From Cytophagaceae bacterium (GTDB lineage: Bacteria; Bacteroidota; Bacteroidia; Cytophagales; Spirosomataceae): a stretch of DNA of 36,540 nucleotides. This document shows, in pieces, positions 1 to 9,488 of this stretch. The stretch lies in NCBI GenBank assembly GCA_947471105.1, contig CANIYB010000001.1:1-36540 (forward strand), read 5' to 3'. The position numbers and the translations under genes were made by a program. Every line of letters begins with the position of its first letter. Within the stretch, counting starts at the first letter, position 1. The notes under the pieces were generated by a model, which did not search any database, had not been told where the DNA came from, and saw nothing but the letters and a program-made list of their open reading frames with translations.

Positions 1-649
1 AACTAGTACGGTAGTCAGTAAAACTAAAATTACCATTGCAAGCTTGTTGAAAAATCGACATCTAACGCTGGGGATTTTAGCTCAGTTTTGTAACGTAGGA
101 GCTCAAGTATCATTATGGGGAAATTTTGTGGATTTGAAAATTGATTTGGCCAGTGAAACAAATTTGTGGATTGTGCAAAAAATTTACCAAACAACTAGTG
201 CGATGTCAGCGACTCAAATAGCTAGTTTTCATGCCTCTTTTGCCTTTGTACTTTTTATGTTTGGTCGATTCATTGGCACTTATTTCATGAGCAAAAATGA
301 TTCAAATAAAATTCTTGGAATCTATTCCATCGGAGCAGTAATTTCCATTATAATTTCAATATTTGGGGGTGGTGTTTATGCATTAGTTGCTTTAATGATG
401 GTTTATTTCTTCCAATCCATTATGTTTCCAACTATTTTTGCTTTAGCATGTAAAGACTTAGGTGAAGGTTCTAAATTAGCTTCGTCATTAATTATTATGT
501 CTATAGTAGGTGGAGCCATTATTCCTCCAATTACCGCGGCATTATTTAAAATAAGCACTCCAGTAGCTCTTATAATTCCCTTATTATGTTTTATATACAT
601 CGTATTTTATTCTTACAATGGATATAAGCTGCCCAAACAGAATGCATAA
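1..649 (+). CDS. fucP: L-fucose:H+ symporter-family MFS permease (5'-truncated by window edge)
   Basis: Frame is open from position 2. FucP-like motifs AQFCNVGAQV, FMFGRFIGT, FQSIMFPTIFALA, MSIVGGAIIP with several hydrophobic helices. Stop TAA at 647-649 overlaps the next ATG (TAATG). Confidence 0.85.
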   Translation, partial: TSTVVSKTKITIASLLKNRHLTLGILAQFCNVGAQVSLWGNFVDLKIDLASETNLWIVQKIYQTTSAMSATQIASFHASFAFVLFMFGRFIGTYFMSKNDSNKILGIYSIGAVISIIISIFGGGVYALVALMMVYFFQSIMFPTIFALACKDLGEGSKLASSLIIMSIVGGAIIPPITAALFKISTPVALIIPLLCFIYIVFYSYNGYKLPKQNA

Positions 650-978
650 TGAAAAGGTATATATTATTATTGGATTTAGTTAACGATGAAAAACTGATAG
701 CAGAATATATTAATTACCATAAAGATATTCCAGCTGCCATTAAAAATAGTATTTTTGAATCTGGAATTACTTCCATGGAGATCTATAGATTTCAAGACCG
801 ATTAGTCATGGAAATTATCGCTGTTGAAGATTTCAGTTTTGAGCGTAAAAATAAATTAGATGTAAATAATTCTCAGGTAGTAGCTTGGGAAAAGCTTATG
901 TCAGCATATCAAAAAAGCATTCCAGGGACTCCTGAAAATGTCAAGTGGGTTTCGGCCGAGAATATATTTAAATTATAA
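649..978 (+). CDS. L-rhamnose/L-fucose mutarotase (RhaM family)
   Basis: 109 aa with RY..LLDL..D..LIAEY..YH, GI..MEIYR and VVAWEKLM..YQ motifs; lies in a fucose cluster. Confidence 0.8.
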   Translation: MKRYILLLDLVNDEKLIAEYINYHKDIPAAIKNSIFESGITSMEIYRFQDRLVMEIIAVEDFSFERKNKLDVNNSQVVAWEKLMSAYQKSIPGTPENVKWVSAENIFKL

Positions 979-981
979 ATA

Positions 982-2646
982 ATGATTACGAAAAGAAAAA
1001 CTTTTTTGCAAATTAATGATGTTGACAATTTATTAGTCGCGTTACAAAATTTAAAAAAGGGTACTGAGATTATTCACAATGGCAATAGTATTATTTTACA
1101 AGATGATATTGATGCCAAACATAAATTTACGACCGAAGCAATTCCTATTAATGGGGAAGCTGTAATGTATGGAGTATTAGTAGGTATAGCGAAGCAAGCG
1201 ATACCCAAAGGAGGTTTAGTACATACATTTAATTTGCATCACGCATCTCAAGAGTTTAAAGGAAAAATAAAAGATTATCATTGGACTCCACCTAATGTGG
1301 ATCAATGGAAAGAATTAACGTTCAATGGTTATCATCGAGCTGATGGTCAAGTAGGGACTCAAAACTTTTGGCTAGTTATTCCTTTGGTTTTTTGTGAAAA
1401 CAGAAATATTGAGTTATTAAAAAACGCTTTTATAAATGGATTAGGTTTTCAAAAAAATGACCCATTTACAGAACAAGTCGTATTATTGAAAAATCAAATT
1501 CAAAATGGTGAAGATTTAAAGCTTCCTAAATTTGATAAGACTAAGAAGACTACATTAGTTCACAAAAGCGATTTATTTAAGAATATTGATGGGATTAAAT
1601 TCTTGACTCATGAAAGCGGTTGTGGGGAAAACAAAGATGAATCTGACAATTTATGTTCATTGTTAGCAGGTTATTGCCTTAATCCTAACGTAGGGGGGAT
1701 AACGCTATTAAGTTTAGGTTGTCAAAATTCTCAAATCAGCTTATTCCAACAAAAATTAAAGGAAAAAGATCCCAATTTTTCTAAGCCACTATATATTTTT
1801 GAGCAACAACAAGATGAAGGAAGTGGGGTAGAACAAATGTTAAGTGAAGTAATTCACAAGACTTTTGAAGGCTTAGTTGAAATCAATAAATGCCAAAGAA
1901 CTCCTGCGCCACTATCTAAACTACGAGTAGGTGTAAAATGTGGCGGATCAGATGGTTTTTCAGGTATTTCAGCAAATCCCGCCATTGGGCATACTGCTGA
2001 TTTGATTGTATCATTAGGTGGAACTGTGATGATTGCTGAATTTCCGGAATTATGTGGAGTTGAACAAGAACTTCAAAATAGATCCATAAATAGTCAAGTT
2101 GCAGATGATTTTGGCGTAATGATGCGAGAATATGCAAGAAGAGCCGCAGCAGTAGGCGCTGGATTTGACATGAATCCGTCTCCTGGAAATATAAAGGATG
2201 GATTAATTACAGATGCCATAAAATCAGCCGGAGCGGCAAAGAAAGCGGGATCATCTCCGATACAAGCATCCCTTGGATATGGGCAATATGTGACTAAAAA
2301 CGGGTTAAATTTAGTTTGTACACCTGGAAATGATGTTTTAGCCACTACAGGTATGGCAGGCGCTGGAGCTACTATTCAACTATTTACAACGGGCTTAGGA
2401 ACTCCAACGGGTAATCCTATTTGTCCAATGGTAAAATTATCTACTAATACAAGGTTAGCGGAAAAGCTACCTGAAATAATCGATATCGATTGTGGTCCAA
2501 TTATTTCGGGTGACAAATCAGTAGAAGAAGTAGGGGAAGAGGTTTTAAATTACATCATCAAATTAGCTTCAGGTGAAATTAATACCAAAGCAATGGATTT
2601 AGGACAAGATGATTTTATGTTTTGGAGAAGAGGAGTTAAATTATAA
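982..2646 (+). CDS. UxaA/GarD-family sugar-acid dehydratase (N-terminal SAF domain); candidate L-fuconate or D-altronate dehydratase
   Basis: DNLLVAL and HKF SAF domain, GYHRADGQVG, THESGCG, CGGSDGFSGISANPAIG, NPSPGNIKDGL, FTTGLGTPTG. Confidence 0.9.
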   Translation: MITKRKTFLQINDVDNLLVALQNLKKGTEIIHNGNSIILQDDIDAKHKFTTEAIPINGEAVMYGVLVGIAKQAIPKGGLVHTFNLHHASQEFKGKIKDYHWTPPNVDQWKELTFNGYHRADGQVGTQNFWLVIPLVFCENRNIELLKNAFINGLGFQKNDPFTEQVVLLKNQIQNGEDLKLPKFDKTKKTTLVHKSDLFKNIDGIKFLTHESGCGENKDESDNLCSLLAGYCLNPNVGGITLLSLGCQNSQISLFQQKLKEKDPNFSKPLYIFEQQQDEGSGVEQMLSEVIHKTFEGLVEINKCQRTPAPLSKLRVGVKCGGSDGFSGISANPAIGHTADLIVSLGGTVMIAEFPELCGVEQELQNRSINSQVADDFGVMMREYARRAAAVGAGFDMNPSPGNIKDGLITDAIKSAGAAKKAGSSPIQASLGYGQYVTKNGLNLVCTPGNDVLATTGMAGAGATIQLFTTGLGTPTGNPICPMVKLSTNTRLAEKLPEIIDIDCGPIISGDKSVEEVGEEVLNYIIKLASGEINTKAMDLGQDDFMFWRRGVKL

Positions 2647-2655
2647 TATTATTGT

Positions 2656-3423
2656 ATGATTTTTTCATTAGAAAATAAAGTTGTTATTATTACTGGAGGT
2701 AGTTCCGGAATCGGAAGAGCTATTTCAATACTATTCGCCCAACAAGGAGCGGAGGTTCATATATTTGATCTACAAAGTCAATTGAGTGAAGACACAATAT
2801 CTGAAGTTCAACAATTCAATAAAAATTCCAAGTTTCATCCGGTTGATATTACAAATGAACAATTAGTGTTGGATGAAATTAATGCTTTAAACGTCATTGA
2901 CATATTGATTAATAATGCTGGAATAGCTCAAATTGGAAATGTAGAAAATACAAGCTCTGGAGACTTTCAAAAAATCTTTGATGTAAATGTGAAAGGGGCT
3001 TTTAATTGCATTAAAGCAGTTATTCCTACTATGGTGAAAAATAAGTCGGGTGTCATATTAAATATGGCTTCAGTAGCATCATCTGTTGGCATTCCAGATC
3101 GATTTGGATATTCAATGACTAAAGGGGCTATAAAATCTATGACGCAATCGATCGCCAAAGATTATATTTCAAAAGGGATTAGATGCAATTGTATCTCTCC
3201 TGCAAGAGTTCATACTCCATTTGTAGACGGATTTATACAGAATAATTATCCGAATAATCAAAAAGAAATGTTCGAAAAGTTATCAGCATCCCAACCCATT
3301 GGAAGAATGGCTAAACCCATAGAGATCGCCCATTTAGCTTTATATTTATGCTCAGACGAAGCATCATTTGCAACAGGTTGCGACTATCCTTTAGATGGTG
3401 GTTTTTTACACTTAAATAATTAA
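2656..3423 (+). CDS. SDR oxidoreductase, probable 2-keto-3-deoxy-L-fuconate 4-dehydrogenase
   Basis: TGGSSGIG, NNAG, YSMTK, RCNCISPARVHTPFV, QPIGRM. Substrate is inferred from the cluster. Confidence 0.8.
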   Translation: MIFSLENKVVIITGGSSGIGRAISILFAQQGAEVHIFDLQSQLSEDTISEVQQFNKNSKFHPVDITNEQLVLDEINALNVIDILINNAGIAQIGNVENTSSGDFQKIFDVNVKGAFNCIKAVIPTMVKNKSGVILNMASVASSVGIPDRFGYSMTKGAIKSMTQSIAKDYISKGIRCNCISPARVHTPFVDGFIQNNYPNNQKEMFEKLSASQPIGRMAKPIEIAHLALYLCSDEASFATGCDYPLDGGFLHLNN

Positions 3424-3428
3424 ATACA

Positions 3429-4103
3429 ATGAAAACAAAACTATTTTTTGCGTTGCTACTGATATCTTCTCTATCTTCATTTAAAGCTGATAATCCCATT
3501 AAAATCTTATTTTTTGGTGACTCCATCACGCAGGCTGGTATCGGAAAAACAGGTTATATAACTAAAATGGCAGAAATGCTTTCTTCTAAAGGTCTATCAG
3601 GGAAATATGAATTGATAGGTGCTGGAATAGGAGGGAACAAAATTTATGATTTATACCTACGACATGAAGAAGATGTGATTGCTAAGAAACCTAATATTGT
3701 TGTAATCTATATTGGAATCAATGACGTTTGGCATAAAACTTCCTCTAGAACAGGAACAGATTATGACAAGTTTGAAAAGTTTTATCATGCTTTAATTCAG
3801 AGGATACAAAAATCTGGTAGTCAAGTAGTTATCTGTACACCCACATTAATTGGCGAGAAGTACGACTCAACTAATGAGAATGATGGGGATTTGAATTATT
3901 TTTCTACGGTCATCAGAAAAATAGCTATTGACGAAAAGTGTAAGTTGATTGATTTACGTAAAGCATTTATCGATTACGAAACAAAATTCAACACGGAAAA
4001 TAAAGCATTAGGTATATTAACATCAGATAGAGTTCACTTAAATGAAGCTGGTAATGTATTCTTAGCTGAAGTTATGTGGGACATTTTAAAAGACATAAAA
4101 TAA
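3429..4103 (+). CDS. SGNH/GDSL hydrolase (esterase) with signal peptide
   Basis: Signal-like N-terminus MKTKLFFALLLISSLSSFKA; blocks FFGDSITQ, GIGGN, IGIND, DRVH. Confidence 0.85.
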   Translation: MKTKLFFALLLISSLSSFKADNPIKILFFGDSITQAGIGKTGYITKMAEMLSSKGLSGKYELIGAGIGGNKIYDLYLRHEEDVIAKKPNIVVIYIGINDVWHKTSSRTGTDYDKFEKFYHALIQRIQKSGSQVVICTPTLIGEKYDSTNENDGDLNYFSTVIRKIAIDEKCKLIDLRKAFIDYETKFNTENKALGILTSDRVHLNEAGNVFLAEVMWDILKDIK

Positions 4104-4108
4104 AAAAG

Positions 4109-4957
4109 ATGAAATTAGTAAGAATAGGAAAGCTAAATAAGGAAAAACCTGCAGTATTAATCAATGATAAATATTTCGATGTTTCAGATTTCATACCTGA
4201 TTATGATGAAGCATTTTTTGAAAATGATGGCATCCGAAATCTAGAAAATATAGTCTCAAATAATAATAATTTAAAAGAAATACTTAATCCAGAAAGAATT
4301 GGATCTTGCGTAGCTAGGCCTTCAAAAATAATATGTGTAGGTTTAAATTATATAGATCATGCAAAGGAAACAGGAGCCGAAATACCGAAAGAGCCTATAT
4401 TATTTTTTAAAAGTACTACTGCATTAAATGGCCCATTTGATGACGTCATTATACCTAAAGGTTCTTCTAAAACAGATTGGGAGGTAGAGTTAGCCATCGT
4501 GATTGGCAAAAAAGCTCAATATGTTACTGAAAAAGATGCCTATGATTATGTTGCGGGATATTGTTTACATAATGATTATTCGGAAAGAGAATTTCAATTA
4601 GAGCGAGGTGGTAATTGGTCAAAAGGAAAGGGATGTGATACATTTGCTCCTTTAGGACCATTTTTAGCAACTAAGGATGAGGTTAAAGATGTCCATGATT
4701 TAAACATGTGGCTTGATGTGAATGGAAAAAGATTTCAAGTTAGTAATACGAATCAATTGATCTTTAATGTACCCCAAGTAGTTTCTTATATTTCCCAATT
4801 TATGACGTTGCTACCAGGTGATGTGATTAGCACAGGTACTCCACATGGTGTTGGACTTGGTTTAAAGCCACCTGTTTTTCTACAGCCAGGCGATTGTGTT
4901 ACATTAGGAATGGATAGTTTAGGAGAACAGAAACAAAATTTAGTGGCTTATTCTTAA
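4109..4957 (+). CDS. Fumarylacetoacetate hydrolase family protein, probable 2,4-diketo-3-deoxy-L-fuconate hydrolase
   Basis: KIICVGLNY, DWEVELA, NDYSER, KGCDTFAPLGP, GDVISTGTP. Start moved to ATG 4109 (MKLVRIG), just after the upstream stop at 4103. Confidence 0.85.
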   Translation: MKLVRIGKLNKEKPAVLINDKYFDVSDFIPDYDEAFFENDGIRNLENIVSNNNNLKEILNPERIGSCVARPSKIICVGLNYIDHAKETGAEIPKEPILFFKSTTALNGPFDDVIIPKGSSKTDWEVELAIVIGKKAQYVTEKDAYDYVAGYCLHNDYSEREFQLERGGNWSKGKGCDTFAPLGPFLATKDEVKDVHDLNMWLDVNGKRFQVSNTNQLIFNVPQVVSYISQFMTLLPGDVISTGTPHGVGLGLKPPVFLQPGDCVTLGMDSLGEQKQNLVAYS

Positions 4958-5787
4958 TGATTGATTCACATCAACATTTTTGGACATATAATGTAAACCG
5001 AGATGTTTGGATAACTGAGGAAATGGGAAGAATTCGCAAGAATTTTTATCCGAATGATTCTGTCGAGTTATTTGCCCAAAATCAAATTGACGGTTGCATA
5101 GCCGTGCAGGCCGATTCATCAGAAGAAGAAACCTTCTTTTTAATATCATTAGCAGAACAATCTGAATTTATAAAAGGTATAGTTGGGTGGGTTGATTTAC
5201 AATCAATTAACATTGAAAGTCAGTTAACTTATTTTTCTCAATTTGAGAAGATTGTTGGTTTCAGACATGTTGTTCAGTCGGAATCAGATCCTAATTTTTT
5301 AGCTAGACCCAATTTTTTAAAAGGAGTTCAGTTATTGGATACATTTGATTTTTCGTACGATTTACTTATTTATCCGAACCAATTAAATGCTGGCATTGAG
5401 TTTTGTAAGAAAAATGCGAATCAAAGGATCGTTTTAGATCATTTAGCAAAACCTCCTATTAAATCTGGTGACATTTCTGAATGGAAAAAGGATATTGAAA
5501 AATTCAAGGAATTAGAAAATGTTTCTGCTAAAATTTCAGGTTTGATTACGGAAGCCGAATGGTATAATTATAATGAGAAAGATATTTTACATATAATTGA
5601 AATAGCTTTAGAGGTATTTGGTTCGGATCGATTAATGTTTGGAACAGATTATCCCGTTGTATTAGTGGCTGATGAGCTGTCTAATTGGGTTAAAACTTTT
5701 AATAAATCCATTTCCCAATTATCATCCAATGAAATAAAAAAAATCACCATCGATAATTGTCTTCAATTTTATAAAATAGACGTATAA
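4957..5787 (+). CDS. Amidohydrolase_2 family sugar lactonase (L-fucono-1,5-lactonase-like)
   Basis: IDSHQHFW, GFRHVVQ, DHLAKP, KISGL, MFGTDYPV; TAATG overlaps on both sides. Confidence 0.85.
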   Translation: MIDSHQHFWTYNVNRDVWITEEMGRIRKNFYPNDSVELFAQNQIDGCIAVQADSSEEETFFLISLAEQSEFIKGIVGWVDLQSINIESQLTYFSQFEKIVGFRHVVQSESDPNFLARPNFLKGVQLLDTFDFSYDLLIYPNQLNAGIEFCKKNANQRIVLDHLAKPPIKSGDISEWKKDIEKFKELENVSAKISGLITEAEWYNYNEKDILHIIEIALEVFGSDRLMFGTDYPVVLVADELSNWVKTFNKSISQLSSNEIKKITIDNCLQFYKIDV

Positions 5788-6569
5788 TGAATTTAGGATT
5801 AAAAGAAAAAGTGATTATTGTCACTGGAGGGGCAAAAGGTATTGGCGAAGGAATAAGCGAAAGTTTAGCTCTTGAAAGTGCCATGGTAGCAATTGTTGGT
5901 CGAAACGAAAATGACAATCTTACATGTATTGAAAAAATTCAAGCCATCGGTGGACAAGCATTTTCTTTTGTTGCTGAATTAAGCGATCCAAATCAATGTA
6001 AAAAAGTGATCGATGAAATATTCAATAAGTTTGGGAGAATTGATGGATTAGTAAATAATGCCGGAATAAATGATGGTGTAGGATTAGCAAATGGTACTTA
6101 TGAGAAATTTGTTCAATCATTGCACTCGAATTTAATTCATTACTATTTATTAGCACAGGCTTGTTTACCACATTTAATTAAGACAAAAGGCTCCATTGTT
6201 AACATTGGTTCAAAAGTAGCAGAAACTGGACAAGGTGGAACTTCAGCATATGCAGCTTCTAATGGGGGGAGAAATGCTTTAACACGAGAATGGGCGGTAG
6301 AATTGTTGCCCTATGGCATCCGAGTTAATGCGGTCATTGTGGCAGAATGTTATACTCCCATGTATGATAAATGGATAAAAACGTTACCAAATCCTTCAGA
6401 AACCTTACGTGAAATAGAAAATAGAATTCCTTTAGGTAAGCGAATGACGACTAAAGAAGAGTTGGGCGCCATGGTTACTTTTTTATTATCAAGTAAGTCA
6501 AGCCATACCACTGGCCAATTAATTCATGTGGATGGGGGATATGTACATTTAGATCGATCATTAATCTAA
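5787..6569 (+). CDS. SDR oxidoreductase, probable L-fucose 1-dehydrogenase
   Basis: TGGAKGIG, NNAGINDGVGL, TGQGGTSAYAAS, ALTREWA, HTTGQ..HVDGGYVHLDR; adjacent to the lactonase. Confidence 0.8.
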   Translation: MNLGLKEKVIIVTGGAKGIGEGISESLALESAMVAIVGRNENDNLTCIEKIQAIGGQAFSFVAELSDPNQCKKVIDEIFNKFGRIDGLVNNAGINDGVGLANGTYEKFVQSLHSNLIHYYLLAQACLPHLIKTKGSIVNIGSKVAETGQGGTSAYAASNGGRNALTREWAVELLPYGIRVNAVIVAECYTPMYDKWIKTLPNPSETLREIENRIPLGKRMTTKEELGAMVTFLLSSKSSHTTGQLIHVDGGYVHLDRSLI

Positions 6570-6573
6570 TAAT

Positions 6574-7659
6574 ATGGATTATAAAAATATTGAAAGTCCT
6601 GGGTTAATTGTGTTTCCTGAAGTTGTAAGGTCAAATATAAAGATGGTTATTGATATGGTTGGCGGAAATGTCGCTCGATTAAGACCCCATATTAAGACTC
6701 ATAAGACCCAAGAGGGGAATGACTTACTATTAGAGGCTGGGATATATAAATTTAAATGTGCCACGATTGCGGAAGCGGAACTACTCGCTATTTCAAAGGC
6801 AAAAGATATATTGCTATCCATTCAACCTACCGGAACCACTCTATCAAGATTTATCGAATTGATTCTTAGTTATCCGAAAAGTCAATTCTCATGTTTGGTG
6901 GATGATTATTTAGCTGCAGAGAAAATAAATGAATTTGCCATAAACAATAAAATAGTAATCAACATTTTTATTGACTTAAATGTAGGAATGAATCGGACTG
7001 GAATCGTTCCAAAAGATGCAATCCATTTAATTGAAAAAATAGCAAATCATTTATTTAATTTGGAAATTAAAGGGCTTCATGCCTATGATGGGCATATACG
7101 TGATTTTGAAATGGAAGCTCGTATTAATCATGTCCAACAAGATTTTATAGATTTTTATGAATTAATTGGCAAAATAGACCCCCATAATAAGTACGAATTA
7201 GTAGTCGGTGGAACACCTAGCTTTTTAGTACATCGTACGAACGATCGTTTTGTTTGTAGTCCTGGAACTTTTGTATTTTTTGATATAGGTTATTCTAAAT
7301 TATTTCCTGAAAATACTTTTAAAATGGCTGTTCAAATAATTTCAAGAGTCATTTCTAAACCCACAAGTTCAACCATTTGCATTGATTTAGGACATAAATC
7401 GGTGGCAGCAGAAAATCCCATTGAAAATAGAGTTCGATTTATAGATTTTCCAAATTGGATCCTTAAAAGTCAAAGTGAAGAACATGGAATTATTGAAGTT
7501 AATGATCATTCCAACATAGAAATTGGCCAAATCATACGAATGTACCCATATCATATTTGTCCGACAGTGGCACTGCACCAAAACTTACAAGTCATTGAAC
7601 ATGACCAAAAGATAGGAGAGTGGGTAGTAAAAGCGCGTAATCGTAAAATAAATATTTAA
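6574..7659 (+). CDS. D-threonine aldolase / DSD1-family PLP-dependent enzyme (fold type III)
   Basis: RPHIKTHK (PLP lysine), RTG, HAYDGH, GGTP, SEEHG, HICPTVALH (metal-binding HxC). Confidence 0.85.
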   Translation: MDYKNIESPGLIVFPEVVRSNIKMVIDMVGGNVARLRPHIKTHKTQEGNDLLLEAGIYKFKCATIAEAELLAISKAKDILLSIQPTGTTLSRFIELILSYPKSQFSCLVDDYLAAEKINEFAINNKIVINIFIDLNVGMNRTGIVPKDAIHLIEKIANHLFNLEIKGLHAYDGHIRDFEMEARINHVQQDFIDFYELIGKIDPHNKYELVVGGTPSFLVHRTNDRFVCSPGTFVFFDIGYSKLFPENTFKMAVQIISRVISKPTSSTICIDLGHKSVAAENPIENRVRFIDFPNWILKSQSEEHGIIEVNDHSNIEIGQIIRMYPYHICPTVALHQNLQVIEHDQKIGEWVVKARNRKINI

Positions 7660-7660
7660 T

Positions 7661-8728
7661 ATGCTACTCTTTGACGCTCATTTAGATTTAAGCATGAATG
7701 CTTTGGAATGGAATAGAGATTTACGCTCATCCATTACTGAGATAAATTCCAGAGAGGAAGGCATGACTGATAAATTAGATCGAGGAAAAGCAACGGTATG
7801 CTTAGAAGAGTTACGAAAAGGTAATATTGGGATTGTGGTAGCCACGCAAATAGCGCGGTATGTGGAAAAAACATCTCAATTACCGGGTTGGAATTCTCCA
7901 GAACAGGCTTGGGCGCAAACGCAAGGTCAATTAGCCTATTATAAAGCTTTGGAATCATTCGGAGAACTATCTCCTATACGAAATGCAAATGAACTAAATA
8001 CTCATTTACAGTATTGGAATGGTTCTACCGATGATAAAAAAACCATCGGTTATATATTAAGTTTAGAGGGGGCTGATTCTATCATATCCGTTGAATACTT
8101 AGATATAGCCTATAATTATGGATTAAGAGCTTTAGGACCAGCTCATTATGGACCTGGTAGATACGCACAAGGCACCAATGCAACCGGCGGTTTAGGACCT
8201 AACGGAAAAGATTTGTTAGAAAAAATGGAATCTTTGGGGATCATCTTAGATGCAACCCATCTGTGTGATGATAGTTTTTGGGAAGCTATGGAAATTTTCA
8301 ATGGATCTATTTGGGCTAGTCATCAAAATAGTAGATCACTCGTAAATCATAATCGCCAGTTTACGGATGAACAATTTAAAGAAATTATTCGACGTGGAGC
8401 AGTAATCGGTTTACCCTTAGACACTTGGATGATGGTCCCTAATTGGATTAGGGGAGAATCGGACCCAATAACTATGAAAGTCGACTTAAACGTCATGGTA
8501 GACCATTTAGTCCATATTTGCAGCCTTGCAGGCAATACTAATCATGTAGGAATTGGTACTGATTTAGATGGCGGATTCGGAACTGAACAATCCCCGATGG
8601 ATATTAAAACTATCGCTGACCTACAAAAAATTCCAGATTTATTATTGAAAAGAGGTTTTTCGAATGATGATATTACAAAAATTTGTCATCAAAATTGGAT
8701 TGATTTTTTAGTTAAACATTGGAGTTAA
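7661..8728 (+). CDS. Membrane-dipeptidase family (peptidase M19) amidohydrolase, cytoplasmic
   Basis: DAHLD, SLEGAD, LDATH, SHQN, GIGTDLDGG; no signal peptide. Confidence 0.85.
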   Translation: MLLFDAHLDLSMNALEWNRDLRSSITEINSREEGMTDKLDRGKATVCLEELRKGNIGIVVATQIARYVEKTSQLPGWNSPEQAWAQTQGQLAYYKALESFGELSPIRNANELNTHLQYWNGSTDDKKTIGYILSLEGADSIISVEYLDIAYNYGLRALGPAHYGPGRYAQGTNATGGLGPNGKDLLEKMESLGIILDATHLCDDSFWEAMEIFNGSIWASHQNSRSLVNHNRQFTDEQFKEIIRRGAVIGLPLDTWMMVPNWIRGESDPITMKVDLNVMVDHLVHICSLAGNTNHVGIGTDLDGGFGTEQSPMDIKTIADLQKIPDLLLKRGFSNDDITKICHQNWIDFLVKHWS

Positions 8729-8731
8729 CCA

Positions 8732-9487
8732 TTATACAGATCCTGGGGGTGGGCTGTATGAGGTCCAACCTCCATCCACGATTAAGGTTTGACCCGTAAT
8801 TTGCCTTGACTTTTCAGAGAGCATAAATAATATTGCATTTGAGATATCAGATACATCAGCAATTGAACCCATCGGAGTTATTTTAGTCCATTGATCTTCA
8901 AAGTCATCAATTAAAGATGTTCTTTCTGTAAGGGTAGCACCTGGTGAAATAGCATTGATGCGAATTCCTAATGGGGATAATTCCACAACTAAATTCCTTA
9001 CCAACTGGATTAAAGCTCCTTTTGTCATGCCATAAGCCACTAAATCAGGATGAGCTTGATGACCAGTAACTGAAGAGGTAACCACAATGGATCCTTTTGA
9101 TTTACTTTCTTTTAATAATTTAGCAATGAATTGTATTAAGAAAAAAGTACCTGAAACATTGACTTTTAACAATAAATCCATGGATTCCCTCGGGTATTCA
9201 AGGAAATTGCCAAAGGTTGTAATTCCACTATTGCAAATACAACCATATAAAGTTCCCGGCGTACTACTGATCGTTTTCGCTAAATCACTTAAAAATAATT
9301 CACTACTTGAATCACCTAAGATCCCCAAATGGTTTGTTAACGAATGTTTTTCTAATTGCTGTGAAGCAGATTTGAAAACGGAAGGATCAATTTCGTTCCA
9401 TATGACAAAATATCCTTCTTTGCATAATTGTATAACTACTTCTAAACCAATTCCTTGACCAGCACCTGTGACAATTACTTTCTTCAT
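8732..9487 (-). CDS. SDR family oxidoreductase
   Basis: TGAGQGIG, YGMTK, IRINAISPG, ITGQTLIVDGG. Confidence 0.85.
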   Translation of the reverse strand: MKKVIVTGAGQGIGLEVVIQLCKEGYFVIWNEIDPSVFKSASQQLEKHSLTNHLGILGDSSSELFLSDLAKTISSTPGTLYGCICNSGITTFGNFLEYPRESMDLLLKVNVSGTFFLIQFIAKLLKESKSKGSIVVTSSVTGHQAHPDLVAYGMTKGALIQLVRNLVVELSPLGIRINAISPGATLTERTSLIDDFEDQWTKITPMGSIADVSDISNAILFMLSEKSRQITGQTLIVDGGWTSYSPPPGSV

Positions 9488-9488
9488 T

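Noticed and set aside
4076-4108. Longer N-terminus for the FAH-family gene
   Set aside because: Overlaps the SGNH gene; family-like sequence starts at MKLVRIG (ATG 4109).
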